This document shows, piece after piece, positions 11,554 through 24,140 of a stretch of 64,000 nt of DNA. The translations under genes and the position numbers were made by a program. Position 1 is the first letter of the stretch; each line of letters opens with the position of its first letter. The notes under the pieces are model-generated. The model saw nothing but the letters and a program-made list of their open reading frames with translations. It had not been told where the DNA came from and ran no database searches. Source of the DNA: Haliotis rufescens (taxonomy: Eukaryota); NCBI RefSeq assembly GCF_023055435.1, contig NW_025963791.1, positions 31,496,001 through 31,560,000 of the forward strand, given 5' to 3'.

Positions 11554-13356
11554 TCACACTAACATATACTCTCTCACATCCGTTTTTGTACACAGAAAGA
11601 AGAATCCGTATTTATCGCAGAATACATCACACACGTCTTTTGACTTGAGAACATCTCCAACTAACTCCCCCGACTCTGTCAGCTGAATCATTTCATTGGT
11701 GCTCCTGTCTACAAGCAGAATGTCTCCTTTGCTGGTAGTTGTGATGCCACGAGGCAAGCTGAGCGCTCTGTCTCCGGTAGGTGCGTATTTGAACACAACA
11801 TCACCTTCTGACGTTAGACATGTAACAGACTTCTTCCTCTCGTCAGACACGAGTATGTTGCCCTTGCTGTTGACACACATGTAGTAGGGGAAAGTAAACA
11901 GGGTCTTGTTGCGTTTAGTGAGTGTCCTCAGCACATGCCCCGCCATGTCCAGGATATCAACAACGCCGTATCCACCTGCTGCTAGGCAGGAAGGATTAAG
12001 AACAGCGAGACTGTAATACACCTTATTTGTTGTGAAGGACGAGAGCAGGGCCAGGTCAGGGGTCACTTTTACTGTTACAATCTGATGGGATCCAGGGACA
12101 GCAACCATAACCTGTTTCTCCTTCAACTGTGTTACACCACATGGAAGGTCACCCAGGGGAAGTTTACTTTGACATCGCTGGTTGTTTGTTGTGTAGAAAG
12201 ATTTTACACACTCATTCTTCATGTCGGTAACCACAGCAGTCTGTGTACCGTCTACAACCAGGACTGTGACGTCGCGTAGATCAGCCTCTTTCTCATCACC
12301 CGCCATCCTCCCGTCTTTAATTCCAACTAGCACAGGCGACAACAGACATTTCGTCTGATCCTGATATGTGACGTGAATCTTTCCCAGATGTAGGTTATCT
12401 ATGATGTGCTGGACATGCTCAGCGTTTGATGTAAACCTGACGTCGTCTATTCTCCGTGTGTCTACTGTGTCTGTGTCCCTGACATCCCCCAGCTCTATAG
12501 CTCCCGACTCCAAGGCCTGATACGCGTCATACAGGTTCATCACACAGTCCGATACCAAGGCCTGGTCAATGAACTCACAATGTTGTCTGTACATATGCAT
12601 CTCAATCTCTTCAAGCTTCAAACCAGAACGGAGTTGGCCGGCGTACGTCTGTGTAATGGTATTCTGTTCATCCAAGAGTTGTGTTTCTTTCTGTTTAATC
12701 TTGTTTATAGTTGTCTGACATATAGACCTAATATGTTGTACAGCTGACTCTTTAACTCTAAAAATAGTCTTGAGTTTCTTATTTTTCATCTCTACTTTCT
12801 TCGACCTCACTTTCAGTCTCTTCCCCATGTCAAATCTCTTCTCCAGCAGTGCTGCCTCCATCTCTGGCTTCATAGACTCAATGGTGACGACAGTTTTACA
12901 AGCTCTGTGGTAGGTGATATAACATGTCTGACATGCAGCCTTCTGACAGTCTTTGGGGCGGTCGGGTAGCCTAGTGGTTGAAGCGTTCGCTCGTCACGCC
13001 GAAGACCCGGGTTCGATCCCCGACATGGGTACAATGTGTGAAGCCCATTTCTGGTGTTCCCCGCCGTGATATTGCTGGAATATTGCTAAAAGCGGCGTAA
13101 AACCAAACTCACTCACTCTGACAGTCTTTACAGTGGAACTCTACATTGTTACTCTTGTGCTCTGTACACTTGACCCTCCGTCTGTCCTTTGACCTAGATG
13201 ACAGGTCACACAGATCATGGTCCTGTGACGTAGGGCTCACCCGGTGTGTCTTCACACATCTGTCACAGAGGGCCACTTCACACTCAGGACACCACATAGC
13301 ACCTGGAGTTGTCTCCCCTATTTGCTGACAGATCGTACAACAGGTGCTTGACGTCT
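11554..13356 (-). CDS. TRIM-NHL copy B large exon (B-box1, B-box2, coiled coil, NHL), interrupted by a SINE
   Basis: Acceptor ttctcttcacag at 13357; CTICQQ..WCPECEVALCDRC..H..H; CTEHK..FHCKDCQ; intact 439-aa downstream frame with NHL repeats. Confidence 0.85.
12955..13116 (+). mobile_element. Short tRNA-derived SINE (162 bp) with (ACTC)n tail and 13-bp TSD
   Basis: A-box TAGCCTAGTGG, B-box GGTTCGATCCC; TSD tctgacagtcttt at 12942-12954 and 13117-13129. Confidence 0.95.
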
Positions 13357-13868
13357 CTGTGAAGAGAAGTACAAATGTATACTAACATAATATGGAAACA
13401 CTAAGTTTGCAATCAGGCTTCGTTTTAAGGTTAATCAATTAAACAAAATAAACCTTTGAACTTGATGAACAATTTCCTGCTACAATTTCTTATGAATCGG
13501 TTGTAGCGGAATTAAACAAAATTTCAAACATATTCTTGCTAAAACATCACAAAATTGAATTGCTAAGTTTGTATGCAGACTCTATTTTAAGTGCATTAAA
13601 ACTTTAAAAATAAACAATCAAACTGGATTTCATATTTCAATTGAATGTGATATTTGTTCCATAAACACAAGCGATCAAGCATAATAAATTCACGTGTTTC
13701 ACATATTTCTAAAGTGCTTATCTTCATGTGTAATCAGCAGAACATCTATATTCGTACGCGTTAACATGGTGCTTTAAGTTTTAGAAAGAAATCAGTAAAC
13801 GCATGTCACTGGATTGTCTGGCCCACAATTTCTAATCTAACACTAGTATGGTTACTTCTCAGTTGTTT

Positions 13869-13869
<1 letters not shown>

Positions 13870-13905
<36 letters not shown>
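13870..13905. repeat. (TAA)12 microsatellite, target of the R4/Dong element
   Basis: Direct reading. Confidence 0.98.
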
Positions 13906-13980
13906 GGGCCTGATGATGTACGCCTCTCCGTGGTGGGCCTAGATAGGGAGGATCTGTTCCCCTGAACTAAACGTACATCA
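13906..13980 (+). ncRNA. HDV-like self-cleaving ribozyme at the retroelement 5' end
   Basis: P1 gggcctg/tgggcct, P2 tgatgtacg/cgtacatca, L3 tctccgt, P1.1 CU/AG, P4 gggag/ttccc, J4/2 CUAA. Confidence 0.75.
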
Positions 13981-14429
13981 CCCAGGTAGGGCTAACTACC
14001 CGAAACGGGTTCAAAACCGGGTTATAGAAAGCCATGGAAAAATTGATCTTTTAACTCCGCAGCCCAGTCAGCCTTCCTCCAGTATACCAACCAACCAAGC
14101 TGGAGGTGGGACGTGCCTCAGGGGGAGGCACAGAACCCGTCCAAGAATATCTTGGACGCAACAACTGAAGTCCACACTTCTAGAATGTGCGCAAGCAACA
14201 GGGTGGCCAAACTGCCAACAATCGTCAGGCGCCTTTGCATGAACCCTCAGGTACAACAGTAGCAGACCCGAAATTGCAGATGAACGTTCGCATTATTCTC
14301 CCTAAATTACCTGATGCACTTGTCACTGATGACCAACACTTGGGCTCACAAAATGAAATTCCTGATTGTGGCCTCGAAGATTTTGAGTTTTCTTCCGATT
14401 CCGACCCCTCTTCTGTCCATGATCTTTCT

Positions 14430-14652
14430 CTTCAGCAACCCATGCTTGCCCTAAAAGGCGACAATGCTTGGCGGTCAACGGAATCGGGTGGTCAGGCTCG
14501 CTGATTTGGTTGAAGCATGTCATCGATCCCAATTGCGTGGATCGATGCTCATGATCTCAATCGCTGGATTGTCTGGTCCAGACTCGATTATTTACAGACA
14601 TATAGCTGGAATATTACTGAGAGCGGCGTTAAACTACAAACCAACCAACCAA
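14430..14652 (+). mobile_element. SINE-like repeat (third family) nested in the R4/Dong element
   Basis: Matches 50395-50655 and, inverted, 19778-19960 (atcgggtggtca.gctc.ctga.ttggttga; gctggaatatt..tgag.gcggcgttaaac plus short tail). Confidence 0.7.
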
Positions 14653-17519
14653 CTAATGATCTTTCTTAGCATGGCTTATATATTGTGTTTATGTCATTTT
14701 ATAATCAAATCTGTGATTTACCGATTGAGAAATGGAGGCCAATTAAACAATTTAACAATCATGTCCACAAAATCAACTTGATATATTAAATAACATTATT
14801 TCTGTCACTCTTAATGCGGACTGTTCTGTGCATGACATTAACTGTTGTGGGTATGCTGCTGCTCGAACACTGGAGGAACTCGATTCAGTTTCCAAAAACA
14901 ATGAACCACAAAAGTGCAAAAAACAAAATCATCCAAAGAAAAACCGGTTCCAAATAAATCTAAATGAAACAAAGAAAGACATATCCTGGATAGAACTTTG
15001 CTTAGAATTACGTTCATCGGGGCAATCAATGTCAAAACAAAAGACCCCATTTGGAAAACTTTAAAAACAAAATACAAGACAACAAAAGAGAAGATTCTTA
15101 ATCAAATTCTTGATTCTCTTAAAACGAAGTTAAGGTTTGGACAGAGAGAAACAGAAAGTGGGACAAGAAAAATATTTTCATAAAACAAAACAAATTGTCC
15201 AAATCTAATGTCCACTGTCCAAACACCATTACTTCTCTTGTGGATACAGGGGGTGCTCCGCCTTGGTTCTGCATAGGTCGAACAATACTTATCCCAAAGA
15301 AATTTGAAATTTGACTGACCCTAAAAACTTCCGCCCTATAACTTGTCTAATACACAGTACAAAATATTCAGCAGGTGTCTCACAGATCTTGTGTCATCAT
15401 ACTACGCTTCCAATGACATTTTTTACATCGAGCAGAAAGGAGCCAGAAAGGGATGCTGGGGTTGTAAGAAACTGTTACTGAGGCTGAGACTTACCACCGT
15501 AATCTCAAAATGTGTTGGATAGAATACAGAAAAGCTTATGATTCTGTACCTGATGAATGGATTTTAAAGTCACTGGAATGTATTGACTTCCCTGAGAGAC
15601 TACTAGTTTTACTCAAGTCTTTAATGAATTGCTGGACAACTCAACTTGAGATGTATTCGTAGTGGCAGGTGGGAACCCATTCCTGTTAGAAGAGGAATAT
15701 TTCAGGGCGATTCTTTTAGTCCTTTGGTTTTCTGCTTGTCACTTAATCCTTTAGGCTTTTTTCTCAGCAAAGAGGAAGGTCATCATCCGGGACCTCCTCA
15801 GCACAGATCCCCAACATCCCTTGCTCACCCTCCTTTCCATATATGACCTTCAACTGATTGCCAGTGGAGGATTCACACTAGAAAAAACGATTCTAACTGG
15901 TCGAGTCCTTTTCTAATGATATTAACATTCTTCATCTGAAACGTGACATGGTAGAAGTGGGAGGATCAGTCAGTTTACTTAGGGGAGGAGTTATTGACCA
16001 TCACGTGGAAGGTCAGGCCTATACGTACTTCGGAATGCAGGTTAGGGACAAACTCCAGAGTGCCCAAAGCAAGGACAAACATTGGGAAGAGTACAAATGT
16101 AGACTTATGAAAATCTGAAGTTCAGGGCTGAACGCTAGCAATAAAGTCTAAGCCACAAATACTTGTGCTGTACCCGTCCTTTTGTATTCTTTTGGTGTTG
16201 TTGATTGGTCAAAACAAGAAATTCAGGGTATTGACACCCTCATACGAAGAATCATGTCAGACAATAGATCCCACCATCCCCGCTCTTCCTTCAATCGCTT
16301 ATTTTTACCAATCATAATGGGAGGGCGTGGTTTGATAAACGTTGGGGCTCTTCAGGATAGAATTGTCTTTTTGTCTGATAATCCTCTTGTGAAGCATGTC
16401 AAGACTCATGATGAAAGCAAGGCATTTCTCAGTTTTGGTAAACGAGCCAAGGATGTAGGACATATTCTCAATGTCAAAGTGGATTTTGTTGATTGTTCTG
16501 TACTGCTGGACGGTACAGAAATGAGTGTCAACCAAGCGAGGTGCCATATCAAATCGGCTTAGACTCAGGTTTTCAAAGAGAGGTTATCTGAACGACCACT
16601 GCATCGAGTCTATGTGCATTGTGTTAAGAAGGAGTCCTTTGCTTGGATGAAGTCGGTTGGCCTGAGAAGTGAAACTGAAGGCTTTTTTTTGGCTGCTCAG
16701 GATCAGTCACTTCCCACTCGAAACCGTCAATGTGTGATTTTGCATTAAAATGTAAATGTGAAATGTAGATTTTGTAATGAATTAAAAGAGACTATCCAAC
16801 ACTTTGTCAGTGGATGCCCAGCTTTGGCACAAACACAGTATCTTAAGTGACAAGATGGAGCGGCTCGATCATTTAATTTCGGTTTTCACACAGAGGTCCA
16901 TCCATGGTACGCCCCATGGGCGTCATAGAAAAGGATAAATACAAAATTCTTTTGAATAGGCCCGTTTACATCCTCAGAAATATCCAGGCCAACAAACCTG
17001 ATCTTGTACTTTTTGATAAATCCAGTGAAATCATTTATATTATTGAATTTTCTGTCCCTTTTGACACAAAAACAAGACAAATATGCAGACCTCTCTTTCG
17101 AAATGTCACGCTTGCATCCCAAGTACCAAGTTGTCCAACTCCCAGTGGTTCTCGGTGCCTTGGGATTGGTAACGCCCAATCTGTTGACTGACATTGAGAG
17201 AGTATTCAGGTTTGCTACCAGGAATAATGTAATGTGTGGGTAATGTAGAAGGTAGCAGTGTTGGGGAGTCTTCACATTCTCTGAAGAGTTCTGGGTGGGC
17301 TTCACTAGGTAGCGCTTCCTGGGAGAAGTCCCATTCGCTGTCTGGGCTGCATGTAGAGGGGGAAGGGCCCAGAGATGATGATGAGCCTAAGCAGCCTGAC
17401 TGTGCCAGGATCACCCAAACCCTCTTTGCTGCATTGTTTATTTCTTCTGTTAGTAAAGGTAATAATAATATTCCATTGTAGGGCGGATATATCCATGCAT
17501 AGTGCAGGCTAATAAGAAG

Positions 17520-19020
17520 TCATTTGGAGACAGAAAGTCTAAAGCGATAGGATTTGAGTTGTGAGCGGAAAGTAGTCAGTTCACTGTTGTGGTAGATGGT
17601 TCCGGGCAATGGCCACTAAGTATGCAAAGGAACGTTTGCCATAGTGTGATGTCTGGACACTTAGTATGAAGAGCAAATTCTTATTCTCTGAGCGGAGGGA
17701 TCTTCCTGGGACATACACATGAAGGAGATCAGCAAGATGGGATGGAGCTTGTCCCATGAGACATCTGAAGACATAAAAGATAATCTTGAACGTTATCCTG
17801 TGTTCAGCTGGAAGCCAGTTGTATAACACAGGAGTGATATGGTCAGTCTTGCGAGAGTGAGTAACTATTCTGGCTGCTATGTTCTGCACTCGTTGTAAGT
17901 TGGCAGCCGGGATCTTATTGCATCCACCAGCAAGCTATTACAGTAGTCAGACCTTGTCATAACTAAAGACAAGTGTGATAGATGACTGCTGAGTAAGAAA
18001 TTTGCGGATGTGCCCTATGTTCCTTAGAATGAAAAAAACACAGGCTTGTTGAGAGACAATTCCGGATCTAGGGTAGCACCACGATTTCATACATCTGCTG
18101 ACAGGGGAATGGTGGTGTCACTGAACTGAAATGATTCAGTGCCACATTGCCCTCTTGGACCCTTTGGACCAACAAATAGACACTTGGTTTTACTGTCATT
18201 AAGCTTCAGCTTGTTTTCAAACATTATCCATAACATAATGTTACTGCAGCATTCGCCGAGTCGCAACAATGTAGCATTTGCATCTGATGTTGTGGGTTTG
18301 AAGACATCATGGAGCTGCGTGTCAGCAGCATAGAAATGACGACTTATCTGGTGCTTAGCAATGAGTGTACCTAATTCCTTAGTGTATGCGGTGAATAATA
18401 CTGGTCAAAGCACAGAACCTTGCAGGACCTCACACTTGAACAGCAATTTCTCAGTCAGTGATCATCCATCAATAAGAACTGACTGATATGAAATGAAAGA
18501 TAAATCAATGCCATGCTATTCCTTCAATCCTGAATTCATTTCTGAAGCGTGCAAGAAGACCATCGTGGTCAGTGGTATCAAAGGCAGCACTTACATCGAA
18601 CAGAACCAGTAAACCAACGTTATTGTTGTCTATAGCGATTCTTAAGTAATTAAGAACCTTAATTAGAGCTGTATCAGTGCTGTGATTGCTTCGATATGCA
18701 GACTGGTAAGGCTCATGGAGATTGTTGCCAGACAGATGCTTGGAAATCTTTCACCAACTGCACGTTCAATTCATTTGGATAGGTTTGATCCTGGTTTGAT
18801 ACTGGTTGGTAGTTGTTAAGTTCATCAGGGTTCTTTAACAGTGGCTTGACAATAGCTACTTTGAAGACTGATGGCATGACGCATGACACCAGATTTGTGT
18901 TGAAGTTTGTAAATACTGGTAGAAGAATTGGCCAAGATTATTGTGGTAGAACTGTACCAGGAACACACGAGGTGGGATTGGACTTTTTAATAAGTTTCAA
19001 AACTTCATCGTCTCTGAGCA
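17520..19020 (-). mobile_element. L2-clade LINE ORF2 fragment, degenerate
   Basis: YQSAYRSNHSTDTALIKV, LVLFDVSAAFDT, QGSVL, FYAADTQL, NKLKLNDSKT, QNIAARIVT..DHITPVL..WLP..RITFK. Confidence 0.9.
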
Positions 19021-19246
19021 GAAGCTGAAAGTTTCATGAACGGGAAAGAGTCTGAGAAGACAATTTTTCTCACTTATACGTTTCTCATACGAATTGTTGA
19101 ATACTTTTTTAACGTGTTTTAAAGTAATAAATGAGAAAACCTGAATGTTCTTAACGGTAGAATTGTTAATAAATATTAAACACAAAAGACTATATGAATG
19201 TCAATGGTACTACTGGTTGAACATCTACATCTTGCTTTCACTTAAC

Positions 19247-19553
19247 CTGGCACATGTTCCTCGGTCCTGAGGGTGTCAATCAGCCCCTGTATAATGATGC
19301 TGGGTTTGATCTGCCCCGCCCACTCCTCCACTGGCCTGCTGGGGTTGGGGACCTTGGTATCTTGTCGACAGCAGGGACAGGGGATTGTCTTGGAATGTAC
19401 AGCATCTGGTCTGGTTTGGATGTACTTGGTGATACATCTTTGACAGAAAGTGTGGTGGCAGGTCAGTGTACACGGGTCTGTGTAGGTCTCGAAGCAGATG
19501 GAGCACGTCAGGAAATTATCCGTTACTTTCTTTCCCAGCCGGGCGGTAGCCAT
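19247..19553 (-). CDS. TRIM-NHL copy B RING exon
   Basis: CSIC..PCTLTCHHTFCQRC..CPCC C3HC4 RING; ttaacag|ATG; phase-1 donor G|GTTAAG. Confidence 0.9.
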
Positions 19554-19777
19554 CTGTTAAACTGACAGGCAGTAGTTTTATAGTTTGACTCATAAAAGTG
19601 TTAAATGTATACACCCATTTGCATATGATTATTTTTTGCACATATGAAGCCAAACGTGTTTATAGGAAATGTAATGATTATCGATAGAATGATGATAATT
19701 TTAGTTATCTCTCGTCAGTCGTGTACATGTACTCACTGCATTGGTCATCGGAAAAATAAAGAACATTAATGACTGAC

Positions 19778-19960
19778 ATTGTATGTTGTTTAAGGTCACA
19801 TTCTGCAATATCCCAGCTGCATGAGGCGGCTTGTAAATAATCAGCGATTAACATCACAGGCATCGATCAATGTAAATTAGGATATGAAGACATTCAGTCA
19901 ACTGAGCCACACCACCCGATCCAAATAGTCGCCACATGCGACATGCTTAGGCTGCTGGCT
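19778..19960 (-). mobile_element. Degenerate SINE-like repeat (third family)
   Basis: Reverse-complement similarity to 14430-14652 and 50395-50655. Confidence 0.55.
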
Positions 19961-20297
19961 AACCTATATTCGTATCTGGAATATTTATTAACACTGATCA
20001 ATTGTATGTCCCGCGACATGACTAGGTTGCTGGGTACCCATATTCCTACCTGTAATCCGGTATTTCGTAATATTGATCTCTGATTGTGGATATTGTGTTG
20101 TGTACATACATCATCGGTGTTCTGGGAGGCACGTCCAACCTCTTCGTAGTACAAGCTGAACATGGCTGTCTGTTACACCTTTACGTGTAAAATATCCTGC
20201 CTTATCACTCACGGGTACATCGACGCCCTCCTACAGTAAACACTGGCATAACGCACTATCGCCTCGCCTCGCCACGTAGCCACCGGTAGTAAGGTAC

Positions 20298-22480
20298 TCA
20301 ACTCAACTCATTTATTCTCAGAAAAAACAGCCACAGTGTTACATGAGAGACAATATATTAAAAAAAGTAATATGTACAAAATGACAGCATTTAATAAGAA
20401 TAATGAAAATAGGATACGTTGATGCTAATACAATTTACCAATTGTATTATACGCATTGTCAAGGAATTAAGATTCCTTACTGGCGCCTTTTAGGTCTCTT
20501 ACACTGTTGGTAGTTATAAGTTTCTTAAATTGGTTCATGTCGCTGTTGGACAAAAGCCTCACATCTAAAGTAAATACTAAAACTCATCTCCCACAGCGAT
20601 TGAATCACAGAGTGGCCGCTGGAATGTTCATGATCAGCCATCGACCAGTTTCAACGGGCAGCCCATGGTTAGTAGTTCTGAATATTAACACAGGGAGAAA
20701 TATTGATTTTGAGAGTAACAGATATTTCTCAAATGAGGGTTGGTTCTGGCCTATGGAGCTTGATTGAACAGTGGATTTCAAGTTCTGAAGGAATTGAGAT
20801 CTAAATATTTTCAACCGTTGAAGCAAGCCATGGCGTTGGACATACCGATGGGTTTTTGAAATACATATCAAAGACTGCAGTTATTTAATACAGTCTTAAT
20901 AAAGTCTAAACATGGGATATTTTCAACTTCTTTATGGATAGTATACATGTATTTGTAAAGTGTTTGGGACGGTTTATCATGCACTTCTGTAGAAGTAAGC
21001 TTAAGCCAAAAGGAATTATACGTTTAAAAACTGTAATACTTCCCTGCCAAATTCACCATTTAACATAAAGATTGGAGTTGTGTCTCGTAAGGCGAAATGT
21101 TTATTATCTCAGTAACTTTTAATCCATTTATCAATACACTTTTTACAGTTCTTTGACATTTGGTAGTAATAAGATTCATTTAAAGGCGTATTTTATTTTC
21201 TCATTTTATTGTTAGCTTTTTAAAACTTTTTACGCTGGATTCGACATTCTTTGTCAAACCACGGCTTGTCCCTTTTATGGTAAGCACATGTTTTACATTC
21301 TACCTAACACCAACTGCAGTGGATGTGTTACAACCAATATGCGCAACTGCGCACTGACTGCATTGGGCAGGGTGTTTGCCCAATGCGTGCAATGGGCAAT
21401 ATAGCTTGTCCAATGCATGCAATGGACAGTTACGTGTATGAGTTTTAAATTCTTATTCACAGAAGTCAAAGGGACAAAGCCATTTTATAAGGATATATTC
21501 ACCGAGTTATTTGACAGAGATCTGATTGTTTTCACACACAGATGCATCAACATTAAATCATAAATTCCTATTTATATGGTTTCTTAACTACTGTAAAACA
21601 CAAATAAAATAGGGCACGAAAATAATACGTCTGAACAAAATGACCAAGTTATTATTTATTACAGTTTATTCACTTAGTAAACATGTAACATAATACCAAT
21701 TTTAAATGCGTGCTTTGGGCACAACAATTACCTGCACATATTTTGAAATATTTGGAGAAATATTTTATTCACAACTATTGCCCATTGCATGCAATGAGCA
21801 GATAATTGTTTGCACATTGCATGCACTGGGCAAGCTGTATTGCCATATACATGCAATGGGCAAACGGCCTGCTCAATGCACTCAGTGGGCAGTTGTACAG
21901 ATTGGGTGCAGCATGCAGCATCAACAAGCGTGTGTCCTATATCGTGGGCCATGCCGTTGATCATTTCCGCAGGTTCAAGTGCTCGCTCTGTCAGTTCACG
22001 CTAAAGATGCCTGTTGATATTCTGACAAAACATGGTGGATACATTTTCGACTTGGGCTTCTTACTCTCAAAAGTACCAATGGTTGGATTACTAAGAGGAC
22101 TGATTTTGTAAATCTGGTTTCTGGTAGGGTATAATGACAGAGAAGCGACTGGACAGTGAACATCAGAGTAAATTCATAAAGTTGCATGGACAATGGTGAT
22201 GTAATAATATAATCAAGAAATGATGTATCAATTTATTTACCAATATGTCTGTCTTTTCCCAAATGACCATTTGAGATAAATAGGTTTAAATGTTTGTGTA
22301 TGTCAGTGACTTTAACACCAAAGTTATTCATCCCATCCATGTCTTATGTGTCATGTTGTAAGCATTGTTCATCTAATACTAATTCAGGTTTAAATCCATA
22401 GCCATCTCATCAATACTATGTTGATCCTTTTCTCTGTTCGTGCAATAAAATCACCAAAATATGGTGACGTAGTCACTAAC
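20298..22480 (-). mobile_element. Fragmented RTE-X-like LINE (endonuclease remnant plus 3' end) with (GAGTT)n tail
   Basis: NNFG..LNLFISNGHLGKD..G, DYII; TTPIFMLNGEFGR; FRTTNHGLPVETGRW; aataaa followed by gagttgagtt tail. Confidence 0.65.
21324..21916. mobile_element. MITE with about 100-bp imperfect TIRs built from ttgcccattgcatgcaatgggcaa-like palindromes
   Basis: 21324-21430 is an approximate reverse complement of about 21810-21916. Confidence 0.65.
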
Positions 22481-22490
22481 TGAGAGATAA

Positions 22491-22494
<4 letters not shown>

Positions 22495-22535
<41 letters not shown>
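22495..22535. repeat. (TA)n microsatellite
   Basis: Direct reading. Confidence 0.98.
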
Positions 22536-22537
<2 letters not shown>

Positions 22538-23441
22538 TATACTAGTAATGGGTAGGTTTCTGGGCAGGATATAAACACGATATCCGTTGGGGTCATATGC
22601 GGATAGAGATGCAGTATCAAAGGTCAAGTAGGGACTACTTTCAGTGTTTACAAACTCACATGGCGTCGCCCTTGTCATTCGGCGATCGAGTCAGAATTAA
22701 CCATTGGGAATCTGGATAAACTAAAGGGATAATTGCTATCATTATCAAAAGAACAGTCTTATAAACTGAAAATCCGTGTCTAACTGTGACGTAGCTAAGG
22801 CATTTGATAATGTTTTGGCAACTTTGGAGATATAAATTTCGAAACAATTTTGCGAGGGCACTAGGCCCAGCCAAGCGGGATCAGTAGCCATATCTGTGCT
22901 TGTCGACCTCTGCGGCTTGAAACCTTTTCCACAAATTAAAATACCGGTAGTTGGATTTGGCCGAAAAATGTTTGAATTGTCACCTTGTTTCGTTTTGTCA
23001 CTCTGGGTACATCTTACTGTACTTAACGTTGACAGGACAGACCGACTCTGGCTACGTGGAGAGGCGATACTGTGCAATGTCAGTGTTTACTGTAACCAAC
23101 AGGCGTCTGAACGTGGCCGTGACGTCTCATTGACTAGGGTTAGAGTAGCTTCCCTTTGACGAAGGGCAGTTACTCTAGCGGACAGACCGATGGATTGCCG
23201 CGAAAGGCAAGTAAAAACATTTATTGTTTTGCGTATATGTTTCTTCGCCACTGTATAAGAAACAGATGTTAGTTGGAGCTCTATTGGCTACTGTCACAGT
23301 CCGCTTGACACATTACTTACACTGTGACGTAATAAATATTAATGCACGCATTCCAGGAAAACTTACAATGTTTCGGTAATGTTTGTGAGAGAGGGAAAGC
23401 TATTTTCAAGCACAGAATTAAAGAATGACATTATATGGTAA

Positions 23442-23593
23442 AGAGGTTATCACGCTTGTGTGTTTGGGGATGTTAAATATCCTGTATTAGGAATAAACAC
23501 TATGTATTTAGGTCGCCAAGGCTCGCTAAATACAATGTTTATTCCTAATGAAGGATATTTACCATCCCCAAACACACTCGCGTGATAACCTCT
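23442..23593. repeat. Fold-back palindrome, about 68-bp arms
   Basis: agaggttatcacgc..gtgtgtttggggatg...catccccaaacacac..gcgtgataacctct. Confidence 0.9.
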
Positions 23594-23623
23594 CATTATT
23601 TTTCACTGAAATCCTTATGCCCA

Positions 23624-24140
23624 AGCCCCCTCTTACAGTAAACACTGACAGTGCACAATGTCGCCTCTCCACGTAGCCACCAGTAGTTCGGTACAGAACA
23701 ACTCATGGTAATGGAGGAACGATTGAGTGGATACGTCGACCCAAATTACAATTGGGGACTGCCTTTTGTTCAGCTCTGTGAACCAGTCAATGGAAGTATG
23801 TTTTCGTAACTGTATCTATGTTATTAGCTTCAGGTCGATGTGATATAACCCACCGCGAGATTTTAATGTAATAACGAAAGTAGGTGACTTCCTTGTTGCA
23901 ACATATATAATGACACTTAGCTATTTCGAACAGATAATGAATGCTATGTTACAACAGATTATGAATTATAATTACAAAAACAATGAACACTAAGTGCCAG
24001 TTAATAGTTTGACATAATCTACGTTTCAGAAAACGGGAAAAGGTATCTGAAATTCTACCTTTCTGCTGGCTGTTTCCAGGTGTGGGTTGCTGCACTGGTT
24101 TTACTCGGCTGGTCCCAAATCGCCGCCTTTCGGCTCCTTC
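23624..24140 (-). promoter_or_regulatory. Conserved non-coding block upstream of the TRIM copies (candidate promoter, 5'UTR exon or intron 1)
   Basis: Paralogous to about 4140-4620, 20222-20297, 47530-48070 and 55000-55480 (gaacaattgagtggatacgttcaccgaaa core). Confidence 0.5.

Larger units (their letters stand above)
13906..17459 (+). mobile_element. R4/Dong-clade non-LTR retrotransposon (RT, CCHC, RLE), frameshifted
   Basis: NFRPITCL, CWIEYRKAYDSVP, RRGIFQGDSFSPLVFCL, HHPRSS..RLFLP..GGRGL, ETEGFFLAAQDQ, CRFC..HFVSGC, NKPDLVLFD..IIEFSVPFD, KQDKY; TAA tracts at both ends. Confidence 0.9.

Noticed and set aside
12955-13030. tRNA gene (also at 27099, 30300 and 42843)
   Set aside because: A and B boxes are present, but they are followed by a shared non-tRNA body and simple-repeat tail, with TSDs in the short family: these are SINEs
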